64,000 nucleotides of DNA from Schmidtea polychroa. Its lineage: Eukaryota. Shown here one piece after another: positions 39,935 to 54,744 of the stretch (positions within the stretch are counted from its first letter, which is position 1; every line of letters starts with the position of its first letter). Where the stretch lies: the NCBI GenBank assembly GCA_044892525.1, contig CM097885.1, forward strand, positions 28,088,001-28,152,000, read 5' to 3'. The position numbers were made by a program, and so were the translations under genes. Under the pieces are notes generated by a model. It was not told where the DNA came from. It was given only the letters and a program-made list of their open reading frames with translations, and made no database searches.

Positions 39935-40975
39935 CAATTGCACACACTCATGCATGTATGCAAGACTAATTCAGAATTTCTCGCACTCTGATTGGATAGA
40001 GTGGCAGCAAATGCATGCATACGCATTCAAAATCAGTATAAATACTGATCAGAAATTCATTTAAAAAAACCTTTTTTTCTCTAACATCAAAATTTAGTTG
40101 TAGACAGTGAAGCTCTCAGTTTTCGATTTTATGCCAACGTGGATTTGGTAATTTATTTTTTATTGTTGTAGTAATTTTACGAGATGATTTAATTTAATAT
40201 GCAATAAAATTTTTAGTTAAATTTTCTTTTGATATTTTCTTTTAATTGTTTAATTTCATTAGGTTGCAGGTATTAAATAATAATTTTTATTGTGTTCAAT
40301 TTTTATACTAACTGATTACGAACGTTAGAACCGCTGAATTGAGATTCAGCATATCATGGTTTGAGGTATCTTCGGGATGCTCAGACTGGTGGGTATGCTG
40401 GTTTTTCAATCGCGCAGCTGGATTGGGCCGGAATGTGGGGGCTTCCTCACGGGTCCTATCGCTGGAAGTACTGTGGTCAAATGTAGGTTAGGACTGAGAA
40501 TACAGGCAGATCCCTGCTCAAATTTTTTGAAGTATAACTTAAATATTATGGGAAGCATGGATTAACTTGAAAATAAGGGCCAATCCCTGCTCAAATTTTT
40601 CAAAGGATAATTTAGATATTGTAGGGAGTGTTGAACAATAATTATTAGCTGGAAAATAAGGGCGGATCCCTGCACAAAATTTTGAAACGAAACAATAGAA
40701 AACATCTGGAAATGAAAACCATAACCGAATGAGATAGAAAAGTAAAAATAGAAAATGATCAATGACGTAAGACCTTCTATCGGCCGTCTAGGACCCGAAG
40801 AGAAAATACAATGGGGAGTAGTTTTAGCAATAGAGCTCACCTGCTCATTGTTTTTTTCGCCTTTGTGTACAGTACCAACATGATCGTCGCCATGGGTACA
40901 CAAATGGTTTAAATTGCAATAGTCATGGAGGTGCTTAGGAAAGAGTCGAACGATTATGATTACCCCTAACGTATT
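39935..40975 (+). mobile_element. Degenerate spliced transcription unit related to the 10714-11605 element
   Basis: ATTGG and TATAAATA (~39991, ~40038), short GT-AG introns and three atccctgc.caaa repeats. 40764-40970 is homologous to 11331-11540. Confidence 0.45.
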
Positions 40976-42159
40976 TTAAATTGTAAAAAGGACACACCCC
41001 TAAGTAACCAACACTTCTTAAACATTAAATTATGGTATTAATTTGACCAGAATTATACTCATAGTTTTCATCTTTTAAAATCAATTTGAAATTACATAAA
41101 TTGAGACAAAATGAGGCACGGGAGTGGGGCAATTTTATCTAAAGTGAACCCCAATGATTTTATGAATATTAATTTTCCTGGTTAAAGTTTGGTAGAAATT
41201 TTTATTTCTTAAACATATTAATATTTTTCGAGTTATTCTTTATCATTTTTTATAAATTTAACTTTGAGTTTTTTCTATATTTTTAATATGATCTTTGCTG
41301 GATTTGAATATTCTCAGCCCCTACATTCATAAATGAACGACACTACCGAGAACCTTTTACTTTTTATGAAATATTCAACTTAAAATTCATATTTCAAGAA
41401 ATTTCTTTTTTAGTCTTTATTCTTACTGGGCCTTTCATATTTTATTGATTCATTAACTTTAGGCTGTCCATTTCAAGAATTTGAAGATTTGATATTGGGA
41501 ATTCGTCCCTGCAATTCGGTTTCAGTATATATTTTCGTGAGAGTTTTATATTGTTTATTAATTATTAAAAGCTTAGAGCGATTCTACATTGTGAACCTAT
41601 TTCTAGCACAGAGTTTCTTAATCTATGAGCTTCATGACCACTATCGGTTATCACGCATATACCCCCTAAAAATAGCACATGGTTGCGATTTCGCTAAATG
41701 AGTTTCCGCGCGCTGTTTGAAAAGGTTTTCGCACATTAGAGTTTTAAGTACAATTATTGATTTTTAAGGGTTAATAAATGCAAACATGTGCAAAGTGCAA
41801 TTGCAAACTATAATCAGAAGTGTCTTTTGGTTTTCAGATTATAAACAGAAGCACTAAAATATTTTGCTGGAGACATGGTCAGATGTTTTATTGTACAATA
41901 ATTGAAATTTGAATTCTACTAAAGTATCGGGTTTTGGAAGAGTATCAAGTTGTATTTACATCAAATGTATTACATAGTAGTATGAATTCAAGACATTTAG
42001 CATCAGTTACCGTTTCAAATAAAAATTGAAATAGTCTTTTCAAACAACGGAAGTATAAATATTTCCATTCAATACAAATTGTTGCACTTGTATCGGTTTG
42101 ATAAACTATTACTTCATATCTATCTTTTACTATTTTTACTTTAATGTGCTATGATATTG

Positions 42160-42270
42160 CTTGCTGTTAAATATATTCAATCTTAGATTTATTATAAAAT
42201 AGAAAGAGATAGTATACAAATGTAAAATCCAGCAATGCTACTTCGTATTTCTTGTTGGAAATCTTTTTAA
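42160..42270 (-). pseudogene. Polinton minor-capsid (PX/penton-like) N-terminal remnant
   Basis: YEVALLDFTFVYYLFLFYNKSKIEY aligns with WEVALQDFTFVYNTFPFYSQCKIDF at ~59520-59595. Confidence 0.6.
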
Positions 42271-43019
42271 CATTGGCTAATTGAGTCTGTATACAAATGT
42301 ACTCGATAACCAATTTTGTGTCGCCTTCTTTGATTTCTTGACTGATTTTATTATTATTAAAATTATTAAATTCATTTTCTTTGTTGAATTCTTGATACAA
42401 ATCATCATTAATGATGATATCTTTCTTTTGTAAACGTTTTGCTCAATCTTTATCAAATCCCTTTATAATTGTCATTTAAACTTTACAAAATTCTGAATTA
42501 GTGCAACCATTTTTAGTTTTCGAACCTCGGTGTCAACATATTTTGTTGAAATTTTCAACAAACAAATTAGATTGCAGCAATTTATATAAAAAAGCGTTTG
42601 ACAATACCACTAGGAACGACAATTGGATAAACATCTTCATTTTGTAAATCAATTTTAATCAATTTTTTACAATCATTGTTTATATAATGGTAATTAAAAT
42701 GAAAATTATAATTAAATAAAAATAATTCATAATTTTTAAATTTCCCGCGCAAATAATTTATTTTTGAACAAATATCCGAAATCTCTGTTTTGAATTACCG
42801 TATATACTCGTTCAACTCAGATTTGAATAGGAAAAATATCTCTAACTTAACTCATTTATTAAGTATTTATTAAAAAAAGTTAGAGGTGAAAATTGAAAAA
42901 AATTATTATTATTGTTAAAAAATATTATTATTATTAAGGACCATCTTATAGTCGAAAATTTTTTCATTAAATACATTATTCGCAGCAAAACGCTTAAATT
43001 ATCATTTTATTGTTTTATA

Positions 43020-43028
43020 TTATTATTA

Positions 43029-43072
<44 letters not shown>

Positions 43073-43073
43073 A

Positions 43074-43155
<82 letters not shown>
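43020..43155. repeat. (TAT)n microsatellite
   Basis: Near-pure trinucleotide run. Confidence 0.95.
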
Positions 43156-44239
43156 TTCTAATATTAAAATAAATTGTAATTTAATATTCTCCAAGAAAGT
43201 TTATACAAATTTGATAAACAAATCTTGATTATATAATTATTGGAAAAACAATAAGGATTTCATTCACAATCTGTTTACTAGACATTTTGTGAGTGTTCAT
43301 GAAATTTACGAACACAAAATTAAAATTTTCCCCATCTTTATGAATAATAAATTTTAAGTTATTTGTAAATTCACTTTCTCAAATTTTGATTTTAAAATTA
43401 CATATATATAAATAATAAACAAATTTATTTACTAATTTTTTATATTTAACACTAAAGATGTATTAAAATATTTGGGGAAAAAATTGATGATAATTTTAAT
43501 TCATTTATATATGGACATATGATGACAGACGGATCCTTTATGCTTGCTCTTATACAGGTCGTGAGACGGGAAAATGATGTACGAACACCAAAAACCTTTG
43601 TTTCGTACAATTTGTTTTGATTAAATAAATGCGATACATGTTATTTTAATGATAAGATATATTTGCACATGTAAAAAATGTTAAAACCCTCGGGCAGTTC
43701 ATTGTTCTTCATCATATTACGTCATCACGTGTCATCGTTATATTCTAACTTGAATTTAGCAACTTTTATGTCATTTCTGACAATTTTTAAACATCCTATC
43801 GCACCAAAATTCAACTGCTGAGGGTTCAACTCACATATTTTAGTTTAAAAAAATCATAATTTTTATCTTGGTATAACAATAAGTTGAAAACACCGTTACG
43901 TTGATTGTTCACTAATTTCACAATATGCTCAATATTTATAAGTTTGCTAAAAAGTATTCGTTCAACCATTTAATAAAATCAGGTAATTATTTCATCCACT
44001 CAATAAAATGAAAACAAACGATAGGTAGAGATCATTAATGAAGATTTAATAGCTATGCATGTAAGATCTCGTTCTTGTTTAGTCTATGTGCATAGGAATT
44101 GGATCGGAATGTCCAGATTATTTGCTCATTTGCTGATTTAAAATAAAATACTTAGTTATTATTCTTTATTTATTATTTGTGGGCTGAAAATCATTAATTA
44201 ATTAATAAATGAAATATAGTGATATACCATGCTCTTTAT

Positions 44240-45668
44240 CCAGAATGTTTGCAAAACGAAAAAGTGGTTAGGATAAGATAAAAATTAAAAAGCAAAATTT
44301 TAGAAAATTGAAGGAGGAAAAAATGTTACAAATTATCAGATATGTTTGGAATTTAAAGTTTTAAATATACTTTGGAAGACTTTCCAAGTACTTCCCAAAG
44401 TCATGATACCGATCAAACAGTTTCAACTCTTGTATTGTCACAATCACATAACATAATAAAATAAATTGATAAGCAGGGAACTGGAGACGACCCAGATATA
44501 CAACAAGAAGATCAAAGAGTGGAAGAAGAAGTTCCTTTTGAAGAAATACAAATCAAACAGATAAATCAAGAAAAAATTAGCAGTGATGAAGAAATGGAAG
44601 AAAAAGGTGTAGAGACAATTGCGTACACCGACAAATGAAAATTTAACTCAGTTTTTGAAATTTCATCCGATTCAACCTTCATTACTTAAATATAACTTAA
44701 ATGGTCAAAAAGTATATTTTCGGAAAGACAGTCTTCGACGTAATTGGATAACTTTAAATTTTAAAAGCGACAAGTTTTATTGTTCGTTTTATTAAGGTTT
44801 TTGTCCAAATTTCGATAACTCTCTATTTATAAATGGTTATGACATTAAAAATGCTAAACATGTTTATCAAAGAATGAAATGTCTTTACTTCATACTACAT
44901 GTACCGATGCATACATTTTCAAAATCAACGATAAAGACATTTATAGTATATTTAATAAACAGAGCCAAGCAAATATCAATAGAAATCGATAAATACTCGA
45001 AAGAATAATTGAAACAATAAAATTAGTTGGTAAACGAAAGCTGAATTAACAGATTTTCATAAAATGTTGAAGATAGCAGAAGATAGGAGTGGATTGTTTT
45101 GTGATTATGAAGAAGATGATGAAGAGATTAATATAGTAAGATCATACAAATCATGCAGAAATTGTATTGTGTGTTGTTATACAGTTTTGCAAAAATTTCA
45201 TCTGGATACACTAGCATACTCAAATTTATTTTTAGCGTACAAAATTATTATTACTTTATCATCAGCACAAGTGTCTTGTGAGAGATCTTTTTCAAAGTTA
45301 AAATATATTATAAATCGACTCAGAAATTGTTTAAGTCAAAAACATTTGGAAGCATTTATGCTCATGGCGTGTGAAAAACGATATTCTAAATAATATTGAC
45401 AATAATAGAGTAATTGATATAATGAGAGAAAAAGGTGAAATAATAAAAAACGTTTTTAATTAATAATATTTATTTAATTATTTTAATTTACTTAATTTTG
45501 ACTTTTGTTGCAATTATTAAAAAAACTCGTTTTTAATTATTTTATTAAATATGTTTATGTACTTTTTTACTAATCTACATTGTTGAAATTTTTTTTTCTT
45601 AAATTTAATATAGTGGGCCTACGTCACCGATATTTACCGGTCCTAAATGTGTTTCTAGTTCAGCCCTG
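44240..45668 (+). mobile_element. Deleted hAT (ZMYM1/Tip100-like) element
   Basis: Dimerisation domain AYSNLFLAYKIIITL..AQVSCERSFSKLKYI.NRLR at 45064-45393; end ...TTCAGCCCTG. Confidence 0.75.
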
Positions 45669-46489
45669 ATCGTATATAACAGGAGTGGCTAACAAGTCGA
45701 TCGCAAAAAATTTCGTCTGTGAAAAATTCCGTTTACTACCGTGACTTTGAAGGGATTTTAGAAGACAAAGCTTTGTGCTAATAGTTGAATGTATTCTGCG
45801 AACTTACCAAGTTCATGAATATCTAGAATTCTTACAACCAGACACTATTATATCCGCTCGCCCAGCACAATACATTTTGACTTATGTGTTACATTGTCAC
45901 CGAACACAAAGTGCGAACGCAACAGTTACAACTCGACTCATCGAAGAACGCATTCAGTTAGCTTGAATATTTGGTGGCCATAAGTAGCTTCAATTCTTTT
46001 GTATTAACTGTGTCATTATTAAGCAATATTACGTTGTATTTCAATTTTTCCTCTGTATAAAATTGATGTTATTTTCTTTGTTTTAAATTAAATTGCTTTC
46101 CTTACCCATTTATTTACTTGATAAGTGTGCATTCTCTGAAACAGATCTATAAACTGCGGTCATTGCACTGGGAAAAAATAAGAGATGGTTTATTGAATTT
46201 TGCATTGTTAATCTAGATTCTAGAAAATCACTTTTTTATAATAACTGTTTGTTTCACTATTATAATTAAATATCAATATTCTTTATTAATTAATTAATTA
46301 ATTACTTTTATTACTTTTGGGGGCGAAATTTTTGTGACTGTTGCCGTTGAGGGGGGGGATTTTTAATTCTGTTAAATTTAATAAAAAAAAATATTAAAAT
46401 ATTAATTAAAAAAAATAGTATATTATTAAACTGAAAAAAAACTAATTATAGTTAAATTTTTATTAAACTGAAAATTTGTTCAAATAAAT

Positions 46490-46730
46490 TTCCACGATTA
46501 TTAAAGAAAAAAAAGAACTCTTTTAAAAATGCGGCTCTCAAATTTGTTTTAACACCCTTTCTTTTTTTGATTTCCACCTTTAAACAGTTGTTAAACTATT
46601 CAACTGCTTGCGTATTCACCCCAGTAATGTTATTAATGAATTCATATTTATGTCAGACTGTGCCATGTACAAAGTTAAACTCTCTTAATCTAGCATAGCT
46701 TTTGTGCTCATCCGTCCAAATTATCGAATT
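46490..46730 (-). pseudogene. Merlin/IS1595 (ISXO2-like) transposase C-terminal remnant
   Basis: IIWTDEHKSY..L....HGTV*HK..F....TGVNTQAVE..N..LK..IK.R.GV...FLKEF. Confidence 0.8.
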
Positions 46731-47149
46731 TTGCATTGTTAATCTAGAAAATCACTTTTTTATAATAACTGTTTGTTTCACTAATATAATTAAATATCAA
46801 TATTCTTTATTAATTAATTAATTCATTACTTTTATTATTTTTTTGGAGAAATTTTTAATTCTGATCCTGAATATCAGTAATTTTATCTAAAGTAAGAGGT
46901 CATTATTGTAAACCATTATAAATAAATTGTAACTTTAATACACTTCTTGTAAATTCGAATATATCTAAATTTGATTTTAAAATACTTGTATTGTTGTCCC
47001 CGATAGTAATACGCAGGATTGTTATTATTTCTTTCAATGTAAAGGAGATAATTGCCGCAGTTCATGAATTTTTGAGTTTTCTATGAAAATATTTAATTCA
47101 ATATTTATTCTTTAATCTGTCATATTTCTTTGCGTTCTAGTATACCCAT

Positions 47150-48510
47150 GAATATGAGTAGTAAACCGAAGAAATCTAAAACTTATCACTTCAATGAAGA
47201 GTGGGACCTCGATTACTTTTTTTACAATGGTGAATGATAAATGCTGTTGTTTAATATGCCTTACCTCGGTAGCCATTGCCAAGAAGGGTAATCTGGAGAG
47301 ACATGTTTTAGCTTTACATAACAAGTATCAAACTGATTATCCACCAAATTCAGAACTGTGAAAACATAAAGTCAAGGATCTTAAAACTCGATTAGCAAAT
47401 CAACAAAGCGTTTTTAAAAAGCCAAGGTTGAGGTCACAAGCAGTAACTACTGCATCATTCAAAGTAAGTTATCTCTTAGCAAAAAAATCCAAACCATTTT
47501 CCGACGGTGAATTTGTAAAGGAAATATTTTTGGAAATGTCGGATTCAGTTTTTAACGATTTTAAGAACAAGAGTAAAATTGTTGCTGCAATTCAAAATCT
47601 ACAATTGTCTCGAAACACATTAGTGCGAAGAATTGAAATGATGAGTGGGAGTGTAAAATGATATTAATAGATGTTCTCGTTTTACCATTCAGTGTGATGA
47701 ATCGACAGATATAAGTGATACAGTGATAAGTGAATTTACTTGTTTTCGTTCGTATACGAACAAGATGAAAACTATGAAAATTTAAAGGATGAAACTTGGC
47801 TTAGTGACTTTGCATTTATTACCGATTTTACTTCAATATTAAGTCATTTAAATTTAGAATTACAAGGTAAAAATAAAACAGTAATTGATATGACCAGCTG
47901 CATAGACGCATATAAAAAAAAATTTATTTTGCTAATAGAAGATCTGCAACAAAATAATCTGAATCATTTTCCAAACATGGAGGATAACCTACAAAAACAT
48001 AAAAATATTAAGTATAAGATCGACAAATATGTCGCGGAAATCCAAAAAGTAATTGATGATTTTGAGGTAAGATTCCAGGATTTTGAAAAAAATAAAGAAA
48101 TAGTAAAATTTATATCTTTTCTTTTTAAAAAGGATTTAAGTGTGAAACGCATTAGCCAAAAAATTTCAGATATATTTCATATGGATCAAAAGGCATTAGA
48201 AAATGAAATTATAATTTTGCAAATTGACTTAAACCTACAAGCCAGAAAATCTGAAGAAGATTTTTGGAAATATGTCAGCCGAGAAAAATATCCAAATGTC
48301 ATCAAATGTAGCGAATATATCTATTCTTTTTTCGGATCTACATACCTTCGCGAATCGGCATTTTTATATTTGAAGCTAACGAAGACTAAACAACATTCTG
48401 TCCTGACTGATTCCATACAGAAGACTCATTATTAATATCTTTGTCGGGAAATACACTTTATTATGATTCTTGGTTAGAGACATGCAAACTCATTCTTCCC
48501 ATTAATGTTA
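47150..48510 (+). pseudogene. hAT (GTF2IRD2/SPIN-like) transposase pseudogene, internally deleted
   Basis: CCCLIC..KGNLERH, KPFSDGEFVKE, LSRNT..RRI, LNLELQG, FGSTYL.ESAF. Confidence 0.85.
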
Positions 48511-49162
48511 AGGGAACAAAGTAAATTCTAAATCTGTATTTAACTGTGGCTACTTTGAATTAATAAACATTGTTAATAATTATCGATGTTCTTTTAATTC
48601 CCCTGGACGTATTTGGCCCTTTAAATAATTATTGTTGATGTTTTTATTACTTAGGTAGATAAGCCGTATATCTATATGTCAGTACGAGATGTACTAACGA
48701 TCTATTGATCAATTAGCAAAAGTAAGTCATATTATTCTCTCGTGAAAAACTTTCTTGGCCAAAAAAACAAGAAAATGAAATATGGTAATCAAATTATCAG
48801 CCATACTGTGCATTTTTATAACAACTTTTTTATATTTAAGATTAAATATTACAATGATATTTTCCATATTATTAGTTACTTTTAATAAAATATACAGTTG
48901 AAAAAATTTATTTTTTCATCACAATAGAGTTTGATATACAATGTTTCGGGTTTTACCATCAGGAGTAAAAACGTACAAATTCTTCCCAGTTCCTACTAAT
49001 AATTTGGGATATGATATTTATACAGTTAATTACATTAATATTTAGATAATTAACTAATAAAAAACGGTAAAAAAATAAATATTTAATAATTGGATATTTA
49101 TTAATGAATTTTTCCAAAAAGTGTTGGGTAGAGCACCCCATTCACTCCCGATGGTCAAACCA

Positions 49163-49219
<57 letters not shown>

Positions 49220-49269
49220 CGATGTAGAAACAAGTCCCACCAGTTCAATCTCTCTATCAATATCATGTT

Positions 49270-51790
49270 CAATTGTCAGAGTAGCTAGTAAATTAAGTCT
49301 TTCTTGTAGAATGAATGTTCACAAATATGTTTTGATCAGTTTGAGCTTTGAGAAGCTTTGTTCACCACTAGCAGTAGAAACTGGATGTGTCAAGGGGATT
49401 CGAAAAGCTATAACAGTATTAGAGGCACTATCTGTTCAATTATTTTTCTGTATAAAGTTTAGCACATCTTCTACACTTTTTAACTCGTCTTATAATAGCT
49501 TTCAATTCACTACTTAAATCAACTAGATCAATATCTTTGTATTCTCCATGTTGCAAAGCTTTCTCAAGATTCAAGTAATGCTCCATAATTTTCCTTCTAG
49601 TTCCACTCTGCAAAATTTAAACATCATAGAAGAAAAAAATCGAACTAATTTTTTGCCTCAGTGTGAATCTTTCTTCAATCGATTGTATTGTACCCAGATA
49701 ATGGATGGAACCATGTATATAAGGGCTATCCAACTGTTCAACATTTTACTATGAATAAATTAATGTTATTAAATTATTATTATTAATTTAAATTATTTTA
49801 CTATGTGAAAATTCAAATCTAATTTTAATTTAAAGTAGGTACTATTTAGTTTGCGTAACTTCACTTAACCTGGCTGAATACAGCAGCAATCCGTTTAACG
49901 TCTGATGATGGTTGGTTCAACGTTTGTGGTTGTAGTTTATCTATGGTTGGCGCATGTGATGCGCACACTACCCTGCGCTATTTGTTTGATTCTTGCAATC
50001 GTGCGAGTGCAGTCTTGTCTAGAATTTGTTGAGGATGACTGTGTTATAATATTATTACTTAGTTTCATATTTATTTATTATTTAAAATAATTATTGAATA
50101 TGAGTGCTACTACTAAAAGAAAAATAGACCTCAAAAATTGAGAATTTTAAGATCGCTAGGAGATGGATTATTTATTTATTCTGAACAAGAATGGTAAACA
50201 AAAAATATTGGGCTCGCCGAAAAAGAAGGAATAACATGTCGTATGTTACACTGTATTATCCATTAGGAGGCATTATGTGGTTTACCCCTACGACTAAAAG
50301 ACGTAATGGACAAGATTAGCAAAATTACTAATTTAATTAGCAACAGAAATCGTTCTCTTACCGAAATTTTAAAACATTTTTGGATAAATTGGAAACAGAG
50401 TATAGAGATCTGCTTATACATAGTAACGTTTGTTGGTTAAGTGCTAGAAAGGGCTTGAGGAGATTCTTTACACTTCGAAAAGAAGTTCACCTTTTTCTCA
50501 CAAAAATTACCGTTGATGAAAATTTGACAGCAAATTTAGTTAATAAAAATTTTATTTATTGACTTGCTTTCCTAATGGACATTACAAATTATTTAAATAT
50601 TTTGAATAAATCCTTGCAAGGAGAAGATCAAAATGTGTGTTGCATTTATAAATATGTTACTGGATTTAGAAACAAATTAAAATTGTTAAGCTTTAATTTG
50701 GAGCAAAAATAATTTATTTCATTTTGAATCTTGCAAAGAGATCTATGAAGAAATGAAAGAAGCGAATTTTAAAATATTTCTGCAAAAATTGATTATGCTA
50801 ATTACAGATTTCAATGAAAGATGTTTTTCAATTTGATGATCTTAAACCGTCTATTGATTTATTTTGTGATCCAATTAATATTGATATCAACTCCATTGAT
50901 CTTAAATATCAAATAGAATTATGGGATCTGCAGGCCGACCCATTTTTTACATTTCATGGAGTAACTGGAATAGAAATATCCAAAATTGTGAGATTTTGGA
51001 CTTCAAATTGTATCAATGTTCGGAAGTCCATATATCTGCGAGCGTGCATACTCCAATATGAAATATAGAAAGTCAAAATATTGAAACAGTTTGAAAGATT
51101 ACAGTCTTGAAGATATAATTAGATTTGCCACAAAAAATATTGATGTGGACATAAAAGATATTGTTGCTAAACAATTACGGCCACAATGTTCTCATTAATA
51201 TATTACGAATATTTCAAAGTTTTTTTTTAGTATAAAAAAAATATTTTTTTAATTAACATAAACTGACTTTTCATTTATCAACCTTCTTGGCCCCCGAAAT
51301 GTTTGGTGAAGAAAATATGGCCCTCGTGCTATGATAAGTTGGACAGTGCTGATGTATATCTAATTCTTTTGGTTGAAGTTTTTTCCTAGTCATATTGATC
51401 TCAAACAACACGTCATACCACACAACCAGAGAAACGACAAACTTAAAACTAATAATGGCTTTTGCAAAACGCCGTATTCGTCATGTATTACCAGATGCTC
51501 CTGTTAAACGTGTGTCATCCGCAATCTCTGCCAGAGCATCGTAGATATCGTCAAGCTGACAACGAAGAGGTTTCAAAGCATCGATCCGACTTTCCCAACT
51601 TGTTTCACTCAGTGGTTTAAAAGTGAGCTTAAAAACATGGCGATTTAAAACCTCCAAACGAAGAGTTGTTGCAGAAAAGAATACATAAACACGTTGCGCT
51701 AGATCAAAGAAGGCTGTACGGCCAACTTTATAGTATGTGCACTCCAATTAACAAACAATGCTTGGGAATTGATATCTAAAATTCTTTTTC
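49270..51790 (-). pseudogene. hAT (ZMYM1-like) transposase fragments flanking a nested hAT
   Basis: LKPLSET.WESRIDA-like segment (51481-51747) and PVSTASGEQSFSKLKLIK segment (~49330-49390) on the minus strand. Confidence 0.65.
50100..51352 (+). pseudogene. Nested hAT (GTF2IRD2-like) remnant
   Basis: HCIIH, DLLIHSNVCWLS, LNKSLQG, QIELWDLQ; end ...GTTGGACAGTGCTG. Confidence 0.75.
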
Positions 51791-53463
51791 TTTTCCTTCA
51801 TTTCTAATTCCTCTTTGTAAATAAATAATTAAAGATTAGACAAAAATTTAAACATCTAAATCAAATGATAAAAATATTTTAAATCAGTTGCCCTTTAACA
51901 CATTTTCCTGTGCTCATTATTATAACTCTCATCTTTCACACGGCTAAGTTCCTTAACCAAATGTATGCCGGACTGCACTGATTACAAAAAATGTATATAA
52001 TAGATGAAACACTAAACCTATTTGAGTTTGAGATTTATTTCTAAACATATTTAATGATTTTAAAGATTTTAACACTATTTAAATATATTAGAATTGCATA
52101 ATAATTTCATGATAGAAAACATAAAACTTTTAAATCCTTCCGAATATAAAATATTATTAGATTTTATAGGTTCACCATCATTACATGAACTATAATTTCT
52201 ATTGTGTAAATCCTTTTTATAATTATACATATCTACTAAATTTCTATCTATAATAGAATGTGAAATATAATTTTATAAGGCAGTTTTTTATTTTTAACAA
52301 TGAACTTCTAGAAATTACATATATTAACTTTTATTATGGAAAACTTTAAAATTAGTTGAAACATAAAAAAATCCAAACCGGAATGTATAATATAATACAA
52401 AGTGATTAAAATTGTTTTAAGCTTATGCATAACTTAGTTTTTATTTCTAAAATCCCAATCCATCATAACAATTATAACAATAGTAATTAATAATAATATA
52501 TTATTAATTGAAATATACTATTTACAATAATAAGTAACAAATAAATATATTACATTTGTATAACTAATATTAGTGAAGTGATAAAACAAGAATTGTAAAA
52601 ATATATATTTCCCATGTGTCATAAAATCTTAATTACTTGTCAAATCAATTTATTTTGTCTTAACCTAACAAATTTTCTTGTATAAATTCTCTGGAAAATC
52701 GATGAATGCTTCCAGCATTTGTAGAGTTGACGACCAAATCTATTTCCAAGTACTTTTTTATGTAAATTTATCATTATAATTGTCAAATTCTGATTAAAAT
52801 GTCTTTGAAAATAATTGATAAAGATCTAATTTGCTTTTTAAACTAATTATGAATTTATATTTATTTATTAATGAATGCGTGACTTTCATCCCAGTTCGAA
52901 ATACGGAGAAAAAGATGAATTAAAATTTAATTTTCAAATCTTTTAATAAAATTATAAGATAACTTTTAAACAACATTTTATTATTCGTGATAAATTTATA
53001 GGGTCCATTGTGCAATAAATAAATATTTAAATAAATAATAATAATTTAATTTTTAAATCGAAAAATGAAGCGGTGGAATATGTTTGAATATTTCTTAATA
53101 ATAAAGTAAAAAAACGTAATTCAAAGTCCGTAATATATTTATCAAATAAGTCTAATTCATTTCGTGGTAATATTAGTTGTGCTCTAAAATATATTTATTT
53201 TGGAACCTAAAAATTCTAGGCTGTGCTCTAAAAAGGATTTAAAAGATCACATGATTATTTTAATAGAGCTGTGGTTTAAAATGAACTATAATTTTAATTA
53301 GATGAGATCCTAAAATAGATAATAGAAAGCTAAAATAAATTAAATGGAATCTTAAAATTATTAATCTTAATCGGAAAATTAATTTTTTAATATATATGTA
53401 TGACTTTTTCTTATATATGTTTATAATTCAATAAATATATATCTATAATAAAATTATACAGAA

Positions 53464-53829
53464 TTATGTAACACCATACCACCCCCTCTAGGGTACCCAT
53501 ACAAATATTACGTAATACTGTATATTTGGCCTGGTTTATACTCCTCACTACTCTAATGAAGTATGATTATTACGTAAGAGTTCAAAGGTCAATTATTATG
53601 CAAGGGGTCAAAGGTTAGTTATGACGTAAGAGGACAAAGGTCAATTATTACACGAGGGGGTCAATTATGACGTAAATTAAAAAAATCAATTGTTACATAA
53701 TCAAAATATAATTATATCATATCATATGTGGTTACGTAATTTTACAAAATTATGTAATACCATACCACCCTAGGGTACCCATAAAAATATTACATAATAC
53801 TGTATATTTGGCTTGGTTTATACTCCTCA
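53464..53829. repeat. Tandem fragments of a probable Polinton terminal inverted repeat
   Basis: ~85-bp block duplicated (53464-53547 / 53750-53829). The first copy ends ...CTCCTCACTACT (AGTAGTGAG on the minus strand). Dense TTACGTAA/TGACGTAA motifs. Confidence 0.5.
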
Positions 53830-54276
53830 ATTTTATTGCTCACTTTTATTTATTTAAGAGCACAGGTAATATTAGATCACGAAAAATATTTATTAGGGCA
53901 TACCTAATAGCCACATATTCATTTCTATTGTTGAATTCTTTATGAAATTGCTAACAGCTCCTATCATAAAATACATCATAATTATTCCCATTCAGAATGA
54001 CATTGAATCCATTGAACCTTTGCTTTAGTTATAATGAATTTTCATCAACTGTAAAGTTTTTAATGCTTAGAATAAAGATTAACGACAACATGTGATCTTA
54101 TACTATCATCAAAATTTGGAGAACTGCAATTTATATGGCTTCCTATGACTATATCAAAAGTTTTTATCTCTCTACAAAAATATTGAATATTATTCTTTTA
54201 TTCAAAAGTAAAATTGGAGCTTTTAAAAAAGTTGAAGATAATGCCCAACATCAAATCATTAATCATATTTCAAATA

Positions 54277-54744
54277 TACACCTAAACCTCAATTTGCGTC
54301 GTTAATAGAGACCGTAGAAAGACGACGCAAATCGAAATCATTTAGCGTATGTGTTTATACCAGTTTTTCATTAATTGGTATTTTGTAGTAAATTTCATTA
54401 AAAACCAAATTTTATTAATAAAAACATGTTTTTTATCATAAGTGTATGAATATCAACATAAACTTTAATTCATTATAAATTAAAACAGTACATTAAATGA
54501 AAAAACTTAAAAAACAATTAAATTAAAACAAAAGTTCGCTAAATTCATAAAAATTATAATTTTAATATTTGATAATTTTTAAATCCTTTAATTCATTTTA
54601 AACTTTTAAAAATTATTTCAAAATAAATTTTATTTGCGGTCCCTGAAAATTTTACATCTTAAAAAAATTATTAAAATTTAACAATGCAAATTGAAATTTT
54701 AACGACGAAACCTCGAAAATCACGCAAATCGAGGTTTAGGTGTA
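54277..54744. mobile_element. MITE with ~23-bp TIRs
   Basis: TACACCTAAACCTCAATTTGCGT / ACGCAAATCGAGGTTTAGGTGTA. Confidence 0.8.
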
